From assembly GCA_963845755.1 (NCBI GenBank), contig CAWJTV010000041.1, forward strand, positions 544,001 to 608,000: a stretch of 64,000 bases of DNA, written 5' to 3'. The position numbers were made by a program, and so were the translations under genes. Of this stretch, positions 31,448 through 41,564 are shown piece by piece. Under the pieces are notes generated by a model. It made no database searches and was not told the DNA's origin. It worked only from the letters and a program-made list of their open reading frames with translations. Every line of letters starts with the position of its first letter. The first letter of the stretch is position 1. This DNA is from an uncultured Planctomycetota bacterium (lineage in GTDB: Bacteria > Planctomycetota > Planctomycetia > Isosphaerales > Isosphaeraceae).

Positions 31448-32319
31448 GCCGCATCGAGGCCGGACCCGGTGCGCGATCGAGCAAGGCTCCAATCCTCCAC
31501 GTCATAGCGCTTAACAGTTGCGTAGCGCATCGGCAAGGCGTCGCGAAGCCCCCCTAAACACGGCCTGGTTCAAACCCGGGTAACACTTGGCAGCGCAAAG
31601 GCCGCAGACCTCTCGCCGTAAAAACTTGCTCTGAAATGGCTTGTAGCGGGTAAACCCGGCCGCACTTCGCAAAAAGTGTTACCCTGGAGCCGAGCGATCT
31701 GAACCAGGTCCTAAACACCAGGCTAAAATTTTTTTGGGATTTTTTATCTGCCGCTGGTGCTGAGAGTTGGGTCGGCTCTTGGCCGAAATCCGCGCTAGGT
31801 GCATTAACGGTTTCCCAAAGTTGCGGCATCCTGAGAGTATGGCCCATGTGCGATCACACCGAAGATTGGCGCCGGACCGCGACTCCCGATTCGAGTGGTC
31901 GTCGCAATCCGCTTTCAGCAAAAGAGATCGGGGATGTCGATCCTGAAAATAGATGTCCCATTGTGCCACATTGTGACACCCTCATCGGTCGGTGATGTCC
32001 CGGAGCAAAGTCGTCGAGTCTCCGGCGCGGACAAAGGTGGTCATTTCGAGGAACGCCCGGCGCTCAACGGCCGGAGACGCCATCGCGCGGATCCTCCGGG
32101 GGTCACGGCCATGGAGAACTCTCCGAAAAGGGGTTGGCCTGGATCGGGCTTCCCAACTACGCGACCGATCGTGTCAGGCTGGAAAGCCTGGCCTGCGGAA
32201 TCCCTCCAGTTTGACTTTCCGCCGAGATTGACGGCGCCGTTTGTGATCGTTACCCTGTAACTTTACGCCACCAAGTGACCAGAATGGTCGCTCTGAGCAA
32301 TGACGGGAGAGCATGAACT

Positions 32320-33606
32320 GTGGGTTCGACCTGCGTGGTGGGGCTTCAATGGGGAGATGAGGCCAAGGGGAAGATTGTCGACCTGTTGTGCGATCAGCAC
32401 GACGTGGTCGTACGATACCAGGGGGGGGCCAACGCCGGTCACACGGTCGTCATGGAGGGCGTAACCTACAAGCTCTCCCTGGTTCCCACGGGGATCCTCC
32501 GGCCGGGGATCCATTGCGTCATCGGCAACGGCGTGGTGATCCATCCCCCTGCCCTGCTCAGGGAGCTCGAAACCCTGACGGCACAAGGCGTTGATGTGGG
32601 TCAACGGTTGCATATCAGCGACCGGGCACATGTCATCCTCCCGTACCACCTGGCCGAGGAACGGTTGACCGAGGAATCCGCCTCCTCGGCCGACCATCTG
32701 GGCACCACCCGGCGAGGGATCGGCCCCTGCTATCGCGACAAGGTGGGCCGGGTGCACGGCGTCCGGGTGGCCGATCTCTATCATCCCGGACCGTTCCGCG
32801 AACGGTTAGGCCGGATCGTCGATTTCAAGAACCGGCTGCTGGGTGCCCTGCTTCCGGACTTCGTCACTATCGAGGTCGAGGCCGTCGCCGCGGAATACCT
32901 GGGTTACGCCGACCGACTGGCACCGTTCGTTCGCGACACAACCTCCTGGCTACATCAGGCTTTGGATCAAAGTCGCCGGCTACTCTTCGAAGGGGCGCAA
33001 GGGTCGCTCCTGGATATCGACCACGGCAGCTATCCCTATGTGACCAGCTCGAACAGCAGCTCTGCGGGGATCGCGGCCGGTTCGGGGGTGCCGACGCGTC
33101 ACATCGATCGCTGGATCGGCGTCGTCAAGGCATACACCACCCGCGTGGGCGGAGGGCCGTTCCCCACAGAGCAGGAGAATGCGACCGGCGAGCGGATCCG
33201 GCGCGTGGGCAAGGAGTTCGGGACGGTCACCGGCCGGCCGCGCCGTTGCGGCTGGTTCGACGCCGTCGTGGTCCGTCATGCCGCGCGGGTTAGCGGCTCG
33301 ACCGAGCTGGCCGTCATGCTGCTCGATGTGCTCAGCGGGATCCCCGAGTTGAACGTCGCGGTCGCCTACGAATTTGACGGCCGCCGGATCACCGAGTTGC
33401 CCGCTGCGCTGCCGGACTTCGAGCGTTGTCAACCGATCTATGAGACCCTCCCCGGCTGGACTGAGGACATTAGCACTGTCCGGCAATGGACCGATCTGCC
33501 TCTGGAGGCCAGGAATTACGTCGAATTCCTGGCCAAGACGGTGGGCACTCCGGCGCGGATCGTCTCGGTGGGACCCGATCGACGGCAGACGCTCATCCGG
33601 CAGTAG
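32320..33606 (+). CDS. purA: Adenylosuccinate synthetase
   Basis: GLQWGDEAKGK, RYQGGANAGHT, EGAQG, YPYVTSS, GTVTGRPRRCGW. Confidence 0.98.
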   Translation: MGSTCVVGLQWGDEAKGKIVDLLCDQHDVVVRYQGGANAGHTVVMEGVTYKLSLVPTGILRPGIHCVIGNGVVIHPPALLRELETLTAQGVDVGQRLHISDRAHVILPYHLAEERLTEESASSADHLGTTRRGIGPCYRDKVGRVHGVRVADLYHPGPFRERLGRIVDFKNRLLGALLPDFVTIEVEAVAAEYLGYADRLAPFVRDTTSWLHQALDQSRRLLFEGAQGSLLDIDHGSYPYVTSSNSSSAGIAAGSGVPTRHIDRWIGVVKAYTTRVGGGPFPTEQENATGERIRRVGKEFGTVTGRPRRCGWFDAVVVRHAARVSGSTELAVMLLDVLSGIPELNVAVAYEFDGRRITELPAALPDFERCQPIYETLPGWTEDISTVRQWTDLPLEARNYVEFLAKTVGTPARIVSVGPDRRQTLIRQ

Positions 33607-33765
33607 ACCGTAGATCATAGGCAGAAGGCAGTGCGTCTCAGTGCAAGCTCTTCCTGGCGCACCGTCGTATGTTATTCCTGTCCGCGATAACCGACGACCG
33701 GTTCCCCGGCGTTGTGAATGGTTTTCACTGCCTACTCCCTATTGCCTCCTGCGTGAGGACGAGCC

Positions 33766-34548
33766 ATGGCGATCACCGAAGAAGGTCTGGAGCGGATCGC
33801 GGCGGTAGGACTGAAGCCCGATCAGCTTCCCCGGCATGTCGCGATCATCATGGACGGCAACGGACGATGGGCGCAGCGGCGGGGCCTGCCGCGGATCGTG
33901 GGACACCGCCGGGGTATCCAGAGCGTGCGTGCGGTGGTTGAAGAAGGCTGCCGACTGGGACTTGACCAGTTGACGCTGTACTGCCTCTCGGTGGAGAACT
34001 GGAAGCGACCTCCTCGAGAGCTGACGTTCCTCATGCGGCTGCTCCGCCATTTCCTGATCGCCGAGCGCAACGAGTTGATGGAGCAGAACGTGCGCGTGAC
34101 GATGATCGGCCGGCGCGACGGCCTCCCGGCCGACGTGCTCAACGAATACGAGCGCACGGCCGAGCAGACCGCCTTGAATGGGGGAATGACACTGTGTCTG
34201 GCAGTCAACTATGGCGGCCGGACGGAGATCAGCGACGCTGCGCGACGGCTGGCCGAAGATGTGCAGGCGGGCCGCCTCGAACCCGACCAGATTGACGAGA
34301 ACCTGTTCGCCTCGTATCTCTGTACGGCCGGGATGAACGACCCCGACCTACTGATCCGCACCGCCGGTGAGATGCGGATCAGCAACTTCCTCCTCTGGCA
34401 GATCTCCTACGCCGAGCTCTGGATCACGCCGACGCTCTGGCCCGATTTCCGCGGCGATGACTTGCTCCAGGCCTGCAACGCCTTCGCTGCCCGCGAACGC
34501 CGGTTCGGCGGCCTCCCCGCCTTCGCCGCCGGAAACGCCGCGCGCTGA
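33766..34548 (+). CDS. uppS: Undecaprenyl diphosphate synthase
   Basis: HVAIIMDGNGRWA, SVENWKRP, PDLLIRTAGEMRISNFLLWQ. Confidence 0.97.
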   Translation: MAITEEGLERIAAVGLKPDQLPRHVAIIMDGNGRWAQRRGLPRIVGHRRGIQSVRAVVEEGCRLGLDQLTLYCLSVENWKRPPRELTFLMRLLRHFLIAERNELMEQNVRVTMIGRRDGLPADVLNEYERTAEQTALNGGMTLCLAVNYGGRTEISDAARRLAEDVQAGRLEPDQIDENLFASYLCTAGMNDPDLLIRTAGEMRISNFLLWQISYAELWITPTLWPDFRGDDLLQACNAFAARERRFGGLPAFAAGNAAR

Positions 34549-34833
34549 GCGGCTGTGAATGAATCGGATGCAAGATTCCCGATTCAAGGTTCAAGAACCG
34601 TAATGCCCTACGAAATTGGAGCTTGCGTCGTTTTCTCGTTGTGGATTCCTGATCCGGGATCAGGTCTTTCATGGATTCCGAGCCGAGATCGACCACGGTC
34701 GCGCCGCGCGACCCGGCATTGCGATCTTGCGACCGTCCCGGTAGCGTGTCTGAGGTTCCCCTGAGGAGGCTCACGCGGACTCCTCCGTTTTCGTAAACCT
34801 TTGGCAGCCAAACCATCGGCTGATCCCTCGAAC

Positions 34834-35745
34834 ATGCTTTCCACTCGCTTGTTGTTCGGTCTGCTGATGGTTGCCGGGCTGTTGCTGGCACTCTGGGTGG
34901 ATGAATGGTTCGCGCCCTGGTTCCCGTTCTGGTTCTTGCTGACGGCCACGACCTGGATCGCCGCGGCGGTCGAGCTGAACGGACTGCTCGGGGCTACCAG
35001 TGCGCGGCCGTCGGGCAACTCGGTGATCGGAGGGGTGCTGGCGCTGCTGATCGCCAATTGGGTCCCGCATCTGGCCGAGAATCACGCCTCGGCGGATCGG
35101 GTCGTCGCCCTGTTCTACGACCCCGTCGGTCCGCTCAACGTGCTGGCCTGGCCGTTCCTTGTCTTCATCGCGGTGCTCATGACCAGCTTCGTGGTCCAGG
35201 GCATCCAGTTCGCCAAGCCCGGTCGGACCTTGGCCAAGATTTCGGGGACTGTGCTGGCCGTCGCCTACATCGGCTTGCTGGGCAGCTTCACGGTCCAGAT
35301 GCGATGGTTCGAGGGGCATCTTCAAGGCATCCTGGCGCTGGTGTTCCTCATCGCCACGGCCAAGGGTACCGATACGGGGGCTTACACGTTCGGACGGCTT
35401 GCTGGCCGGCACAAGCTCTGGCCGCGGCTCAGTCCGCACAAGACGATCGAAGGGGCTCTGGGCGGCCTGGCCTTTGGCGTGGGGGCCTCGCTGCTGGTCG
35501 CGGCGATCGCCCGCTACTGGCTTCATGTCCCGACGCTGGAGTGGTCTTACGCCGTCGTCTACGGTGTGGTCGTCGCCACGGTCGCACAACTCGGCGACTT
35601 GATGGAATCGATGATCAAGCGCGACTGCGAGCGCAAGGACGCATCGCAGGCCGTACCCGGCTTCGGCGGCGTCCTCGACGTCATCGATTCCCTGATCTTC
35701 GCCGGGCCCGTCGCTTATGGACTCTGGCTCTGGTTTGGTCCTTGA
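34834..35745 (+). CDS. cdsA: Phosphatidate cytidylyltransferase
   Basis: DTGAYTFGR, SPHKTIEG, GDLMESMIKR, KD..PGFGGVLDVIDS. Confidence 0.95.
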   Translation: MLSTRLLFGLLMVAGLLLALWVDEWFAPWFPFWFLLTATTWIAAAVELNGLLGATSARPSGNSVIGGVLALLIANWVPHLAENHASADRVVALFYDPVGPLNVLAWPFLVFIAVLMTSFVVQGIQFAKPGRTLAKISGTVLAVAYIGLLGSFTVQMRWFEGHLQGILALVFLIATAKGTDTGAYTFGRLAGRHKLWPRLSPHKTIEGALGGLAFGVGASLLVAAIARYWLHVPTLEWSYAVVYGVVVATVAQLGDLMESMIKRDCERKDASQAVPGFGGVLDVIDSLIFAGPVAYGLWLWFGP

Positions 35746-35917
35746 TTCGTTCAGGAAGGTGTTGGGGGAAGGACGGATCGGGGATGTTGCATTTTCTGAG
35801 GGTCGGGTTCCATAATATCTATTGTACGAGCCGGCCTCATCCTGATGGGGGACTTCACGGGCGGCCGCGGCGATGTCGCGGACTTGTCCTACCACGGAGG
35901 CCGGCGAAAGGGGAGGC

Positions 35918-37003
35918 ATGCCGGAAGTTACCATCAGTCTGGAGGGGCATGCCGAGGAACTAGCCGTCTTCGGCAGTCGCGATCAGTACCTCAGGCAGAT
36001 CCGGGACGCCCTGGGAGTGAAGGTCCTGGCCAGGCATGGAGAGGTCCGCATCGAGGGCGACTCCGATCGGATCGAGCAGGCTCGACGGATCTTCGAGGGG
36101 CTGCGTTCGTTATATCGCGTGCGCAAGGCCGTGTCGTCCAACGACGTCAGTGAGCTGATCGACCTGACGCTCCAGGCCCAAGATACCGATCAGCCCGGCG
36201 CCATCGAGATCCGGGAAGGGAGCCGTTCGGTCCGGCCGCGTTCCGATGGGCAGGCGCGGTATATCCGGGCCCTCATCCAGAACGAGCTGGTCTTCTGCAT
36301 CGGTCCGGCCGGTACGGGCAAGACCTACCTGGCCGTCGCCATGGCCGTCTCGCTCCTCCGCCGCGGCCGGATCAAGAAGATCGTCCTGGTCCGGCCGGCG
36401 GTCGAGGCCGGCGAGCATCTCGGATTCCTGCCGGGCGACCTCGAGGCCAAGATCAATCCCTACCTCCGCCCCTTGCTTGACGCCCTCCACGACCTGATGG
36501 ATTACGACCAGATCCGAAGATACATGGATAACGACCTCATCGAGATCGCCCCGCTGGCCTATATGCGCGGGCGGACGCTCAACGATGCGGTGGTCATCCT
36601 CGATGAGGGGCAGAACGCGACCGTGCCTCAGATGAAGATGTTCCTGACGCGCATGGGCCAAAACGCGCGCATCGTCGTCACGGGCGATATCACGCAGGTC
36701 GACCTGCCCACCGGCACCCGGAGCGGGTTGGCCGATGCGGTGGATCGGCTCGGGCGGATTCCCGGAGTCTCGGCGGTCATGCTCGACCGGTCCGATATTG
36801 TCCGCCACCCGTTGGTGCAGGCGATCGTCAACGCGTACGAGGCGAGCGAGATCGGCTCTGATCGCGACGGTCGCGAGGCCGCGTCAGGGCACAACGAGTC
36901 GTCCCACGGGCCGGCCCCCGATCTATCCTCGGGGGAGCCGGCGCATCCTTTCCCGGCCGATCTCTCGGTCGAGATTCCTACGGATTCAACCGCCCCGGAG
37001 TGA
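35918..37003 (+). CDS. phoH: PhoH family ATPase
   Basis: GPAGTGKTYLA, RPAVEAGEHLGFLPGD, APLAYMRGRTL, GDITQVDLP. Confidence 0.96.
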   Translation: MPEVTISLEGHAEELAVFGSRDQYLRQIRDALGVKVLARHGEVRIEGDSDRIEQARRIFEGLRSLYRVRKAVSSNDVSELIDLTLQAQDTDQPGAIEIREGSRSVRPRSDGQARYIRALIQNELVFCIGPAGTGKTYLAVAMAVSLLRRGRIKKIVLVRPAVEAGEHLGFLPGDLEAKINPYLRPLLDALHDLMDYDQIRRYMDNDLIEIAPLAYMRGRTLNDAVVILDEGQNATVPQMKMFLTRMGQNARIVVTGDITQVDLPTGTRSGLADAVDRLGRIPGVSAVMLDRSDIVRHPLVQAIVNAYEASEIGSDRDGREAASGHNESSHGPAPDLSSGEPAHPFPADLSVEIPTDSTAPE

Positions 37004-37169
37004 GGCGGCGCGATGCGGTTCAGCTCCCACGCTCGAGGTCGTCCTCGATCATGAGATCATCACGATCACGAATGGTTGCGCAACATCGCCAAGCCGGGGC
37101 TGTGTCGTCCCGGCACGCTCTTGCGTGGTACGGGGCTCGTGCCCGGCCATGCCGCTCCGAGACGAGGCT

Positions 37170-39413
37170 ATGAGTATAGGTAAGCGGCGTCCCAAGCTCT
37201 CCCGGGCCAATCTGCGGCCCTCTGCGGCCACGGTCTCTCTGAGGCAGGATCGGCTGGCCCGCCAGCGCAGCCGCGCCGCAGTACTAGGGCTGGTCGCCGC
37301 CTCCCTGGTTGCGACCGCGGCCATCGTCCACGGCTCCGGCCCTCCATTCACATACCGGATTGGCGAGCGGCCGGATCGAGAGCTGCGGGTCAACGTCAAG
37401 GAATTCCGGATCCGCAACCAGACCAAGAGCAGCAACGAGCGGCAGGCCGCCGCCGATCAAGTGGCGCCGGTGATGGTCAATGATCCGACGCCGATCGCCG
37501 AGCTGTCCAAGCGGCTCGACGACCTCACCGTGACCATCGCCAAGGCGTCGCGATTCGAAGACATCCCCGAGAATGTCCGTGCCGCCTGGGGTCTGCTGCC
37601 CGAGTCCTTCCTCGAGCTGAAGTCGGCCACGGACACGCCCGAGCGGCGGGACACCTTGCAGGCGCAGATCGCCGAGGCGTTCCAGCCGCTGATTCGCGAC
37701 GGCATACTCGGCACTGGGACTTTGCCCCCCAATGAGGATGCCAGCGTGAACCTGTCCATCCGCCAACCGAAGGAGTCCCGTCCGGTCACGCGGCTGGTCC
37801 CGCGCGACCGAGTCGTCCCCGAGCGGATGATCAAGCCGGATGGCCCGGTGTACAAGGAATTCTGTAACACCTTCACCTCACCGCGGATCGGCCAGATCCT
37901 CTTCGGCCTGATCGCCAATCGCCTCGACGGCACCCCGACCCTTACCTACGAGGCCCAGGCCACCGCTGCGCTCCGTGAGGAGGCGCGGGCCCGTGTCCCC
38001 GATCATTTCGACACATTCAGCCGCGGCGATGTCCTCGTCGAGCAGGGCGAGACCATCGGCGAAGAGCAGCTCATCTTGCTGCGTCTCGAGCACGACGCTT
38101 TCGTGGAGAGCCTCGGGTTTGGCGACCGCGTGCGACGAGCCGGCGGCATCCTGGCCCTGGTCGCCGCGCTCTATGTGCTGACCGGATACTACATTTCGCG
38201 GCACGAGGCACGCTTCGTTCGCGAGACCGGGCGGATCGCCATGATTTGCGGCCTGGTCGTGCTGGCATTGGGCGCCGTGCGCAGGCCTGGGCATGCAGAC
38301 CTGGGACGCCGAGTTGGTTCCCGTCGCCATCGCCTCCATGATCATCGCGATCGCCTACAATCCGAACTTCGCGATGATGGTCACGTTCGCCCTCTCGGTG
38401 TTGACCAGCATCGCCCTGGGGACCGACATTCCCCACTTCCTGATCGTGATGGGGGGGACCGCCGCAGGGGTGCTCACCCTCACCGAGGTCCGCACTCGAA
38501 CCAAGCTGATCAAGGTCGGCGCCACCGCCTCGATCACCTACTTCCTCATGACGTGGGCCACCGGTTTCTGGCAGGATCGGCCGATCGAGCTGATCCGCGG
38601 CGACAGTTTCTGCGCGCGGGATGGGGATTGATGACCGGCTTCTTCCTGGGCGGGAGCCTGCCGTTCCTCGAAGGCGCCCTGGGGATCGTCACCGGCATCA
38701 GCCTGCTCGAGCTGGGGGACAACACCCACCCCCTGCTCCAGGAGCTGGTCCGGCGCGCCCCGGGGACCCACAACCATTCGATCACGGTCGGGGCGATCGC
38801 CGAAGCGGCGGCCGAGCGCGTCGGCGCCGATTCCCTGCTGGTTCGCATTGGCGCCTATTTCCACGACATCGGCAAGATGCTCAAGCCCCACTACTTCGTG
38901 GAGAACCAGGTCGGCTCGATCAATCGCCACGCCAAGCTCGCCCCGGCGATGAGTACGCTCATCATCATCGGCCACGTCAAGGACGGCGTGGACCTGGGCC
39001 GGCAACACCATCTGCCCGAACCGATCATCGACCTGATCGAGCAGCACCATGGGACGACCCTGGTCGAATACTTCTACTACGAGGCAAACCGCCGGAACGG
39101 CAACAACCCCGACGCCTCATCGGTACCCGAGAGCGCCTTCCGCTACCCTGGGCCCAGGCCCCAGACCAAGGAGGCGGCCATCCTGATGGTCGCCGACGCC
39201 GTCGAGAGCGCCAGCCGCACTCTCTCCGACCCCGCCCCTGCCCGGCTCGAGGGACTCGTCAGCGACCTGATCGACAAGCGGCTCCGCGACGGCCAGTTCG
39301 ACGAGTGCGGCCTGACCCTCCGCGAAATCGCCGAGATCCGCGACAGCCTGATCAAGTCGCTGATCGGCATCTACCACGGCCGGGTCAAGTACCCCGAGCA
39401 TCGGACGGCATGA
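37170..39413 (+). CDS. 7TM HD-domain phosphohydrolase (PgpH-like), compensating frameshifts around 38280-38615
   Basis: APGTHNHS, FHDIGK, IIIGHVKDG, QHHGTT, FRYPGPRPQTKEAAILMVAD; TM helices in ORF 38293..38631. Confidence 0.9.
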   Translation: MSIGKRRPKLSRANLRPSAATVSLRQDRLARQRSRAAVLGLVAASLVATAAIVHGSGPPFTYRIGERPDRELRVNVKEFRIRNQTKSSNERQAAADQVAPVMVNDPTPIAELSKRLDDLTVTIAKASRFEDIPENVRAAWGLLPESFLELKSATDTPERRDTLQAQIAEAFQPLIRDGILGTGTLPPNEDASVNLSIRQPKESRPVTRLVPRDRVVPERMIKPDGPVYKEFCNTFTSPRIGQILFGLIANRLDGTPTLTYEAQATAALREEARARVPDHFDTFSRGDVLVEQGETIGEEQLILLRLEHDAFVESLGFGDRVRRAGGILALVAALYVLTGYYISRHEARFVRETGRIAMICGLVVLALGAVRRPGHADLGRRVGSRRHRLHDHRDRLQSELRDDGHVRPLGVDQHRPGDRHSPLPDRDGGDRRRGAHPHRGPHSNQADQGRRHRLDHLLPHDVGHRFLAGSADRADPRRQFLRAGWGLMTGFFLGGSLPFLEGALGIVTGISLLELGDNTHPLLQELVRRAPGTHNHSITVGAIAEAAAERVGADSLLVRIGAYFHDIGKMLKPHYFVENQVGSINRHAKLAPAMSTLIIIGHVKDGVDLGRQHHLPEPIIDLIEQHHGTTLVEYFYYEANRRNGNNPDASSVPESAFRYPGPRPQTKEAAILMVADAVESASRTLSDPAPARLEGLVSDLIDKRLRDGQFDECGLTLREIAEIRDSLIKSLIGIYHGRVKYPEHRTA

Positions 39414-39424
39414 GTCGTGCTCAT

Positions 39425-39502
39425 CTGGAAGGCCGATGGCTGATGGCTGAAGGATGAGTCAGAACTGGGCCGGTCTTGATTCATCCTTCATCCTTCATCC
39501 TT
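39425..39502. repeat. Inverted heptamer repeats (GATGGCT/GAAGGAT ... TTCATCC)
   Basis: gatggctgatggctgaaggatgag ... ttcatccttcatccttcatcct. Confidence 0.65.
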
Positions 39503-39540
39503 TCCCGAAGCCTTCCCCGAGGCCCTTCCCCGGAGCGGAC

Positions 39541-40122
39541 ATGATCGAAGTGGAGATCAGCGATACGCAGAGGCATTTACGCGTCGACCCGGCCGAGGTC
39601 GTCGACCTGGTCCGCCACGTACTCCTCCGCGAAGGCCGGCGGGAGGCATCGATCTCCATCGCCCTGGTCGATCAAGCGGCGATCCACGCCCTCAACCGCG
39701 TTCACCTCGGTCACGACTGGCCCACCGATGTGATCAGCTTCCCGCTCTCGACTCCCGATGACCCGACCCTGGCCGGCGAACTGGTCGTCTCCGGAGAGCT
39801 GGCGCTGGCGACGGCCTCGGAAGTCGGGGCGGAGCCCCGGGACGAGCTGGCGCTCTACATCATCCACGGCCTCCTGCACCTTTGCGGTTATGACGATCAC
39901 ACGGAGTCGGATACCGCGGCGATCCGACGCCGGGAAAACGAACTCCTGGCCGATCTCGGCTACTCCAACCCGTTCCACTTCCCCCGGGAGGGCGAGACTC
40001 CTGGGTCGGATTCGCGATTGTCCATCCTCGATTCTGGATTGTCGGAAAGCGCCTCGTGTTCGAATCCAGATTCCAAGATCCTAGATCCAACAACGGAGGA
40101 GTCCCGCCCGTGGTCCGGTTGA
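39541..40122 (+). CDS. ybeY: rRNA maturation endoribonuclease YbeY
   Basis: PTDVISFP, IHGLLHLCGYDD. Confidence 0.93.
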   Translation: MIEVEISDTQRHLRVDPAEVVDLVRHVLLREGRREASISIALVDQAAIHALNRVHLGHDWPTDVISFPLSTPDDPTLAGELVVSGELALATASEVGAEPRDELALYIIHGLLHLCGYDDHTESDTAAIRRRENELLADLGYSNPFHFPREGETPGSDSRLSILDSGLSESASCSNPDSKILDPTTEESRPWSG

Positions 40123-41408
40123 GCGTGACCGCGCTGTTCGTGGCGAGTCTGCCCGTCCTGGCGTTGCATCTTTTCGCGATTGCCTTGACGAAAGCACTCC
40201 GATCCTATTCGCCGAGCCTGCTGGATGAACGTTGCACGGCGCGGGGCAGCCCGGAGCGCGCCCAGGCGGTCGCCCATCTCGATCAACGGACGGAGCGCAG
40301 TGCCGAGACCATAGCGGTCCTGACGGGCCTGCTCCTTGTGGCCGTGGTCGGAGTGATGGTCAACCGACTGGGGCCCTCATCCCGGGCGGAATGGATGATC
40401 GGGTTCGTGCTGGGGATCGAGTTGCTGGGCTATGTCCTGGCGGGTGTCCTCGGCAAGGTCTTCGCGGAGGCGATCCTCGATGCGACGTGGCCGGCCACAG
40501 GTGCCGTCCGCGCCGCGGCGTTTCCTCTCACGTTCGGCCTCCGCCAGGTCGAACGGCTGGTGGAATGGTCGGCGGGGATCTCCGAGGCGCCGCAGCGGCC
40601 GGCGAGCGTCGAGGTGGAGATCCCCATCGAAGAGGAGGCCCAGGAGGATCTCGAGCCCGAGCTCTCCGAGCCAGTCCGTGAGTTGTTACAGCGCGTCATC
40701 GAACTGACCCGGACCGACGTTTCCAAGATCATGACTCCGCGCCCGCTCATGGTCTCGCTGCCCGCGACCATCACCGCCGAGTCGGCCGCGGCGACCTTCC
40801 ACCTCAGCGGACTGAGCCGCGTGCCGATCTTCGGCGACAATCACGACGACATCCTGGGCATCCTCTACGCCAAGGACCTGTTCGCTCGCATGACCGAGGT
40901 CAAGGACCTGACCAAGATCCAACCGCACAAGCTGGTGCGTCCGGTCCATTTGGTGCCCGAGACCAAGAACGCGTTCGAGCTTCTGGAGGAGCTGCGGATC
41001 CAGCGCCGTCAAATTGCGATCGTGCTCGACGAGTACGGCGGCGTCGCGGGCCTGGTGACGCTGGAGGACTTGCTCGAGCAGTTGGTCGGCCCGATCAGCG
41101 ACGAGCACGACATCCCCGGCATGGCCGAGCCGATCCGCGAGCTGGGCGAGTCGCGTTACGAGGTCGACGCGACCCTGCCGGTCGAAGTCTTGAACGAGCG
41201 ATTGGGCCTCCACCTCCACACCAACGGCGACTACCTCACCGTCGGCGGCCTGGCGTTGCACGCCCTGGGCCGCGTCCCCGAGCAGGGCGAATCGTTCCAG
41301 GCCGACGGCGTTGCGTTCCAGGTCGTCGACGTCGCGGATCACCGCATCCGTCGGCTGGTCCTCGACATCCAGGGGGCCGAGCGGCTGCGTACAGCATCGC
41401 TCTCATGA
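40110..41408 (+). CDS. Hemolysin/CorC family CBS-domain protein
   Basis: IMTPR, SRVPIF, IAIVLDEYGGVAGLVTLEDLLEQLVGPISDEHD. Confidence 0.92.
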   Translation: MVRLSVTALFVASLPVLALHLFAIALTKALRSYSPSLLDERCTARGSPERAQAVAHLDQRTERSAETIAVLTGLLLVAVVGVMVNRLGPSSRAEWMIGFVLGIELLGYVLAGVLGKVFAEAILDATWPATGAVRAAAFPLTFGLRQVERLVEWSAGISEAPQRPASVEVEIPIEEEAQEDLEPELSEPVRELLQRVIELTRTDVSKIMTPRPLMVSLPATITAESAAATFHLSGLSRVPIFGDNHDDILGILYAKDLFARMTEVKDLTKIQPHKLVRPVHLVPETKNAFELLEELRIQRRQIAIVLDEYGGVAGLVTLEDLLEQLVGPISDEHDIPGMAEPIRELGESRYEVDATLPVEVLNERLGLHLHTNGDYLTVGGLALHALGRVPEQGESFQADGVAFQVVDVADHRIRRLVLDIQGAERLRTASLS

Positions 41409-41564
41409 GAGGGCCTCGGCCGACGACAATGGCAAGCGGATGCTCTACGAACCCATGAGATTCGACCGAACTCCTCGATCCATGCCGAGCATGTGGGGGG
41501 CAGACGCAACATGGCACCAACCTCCGGCGCCACGGTGGCATTCGTACCGATGTCTGCCCCGACG

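Noticed and set aside
31450..32319. Replication origin
   Set aside because: No clustered DnaA boxes (TTATCCACA) seen and no dnaA/dnaN nearby.
32320..41408. purA-uppS-cdsA-phoH-HD-ybeY-corC block as a novel system
   Set aside because: uppS-cdsA and phoH-HD-ybeY-corC are well-known housekeeping neighbourhoods.
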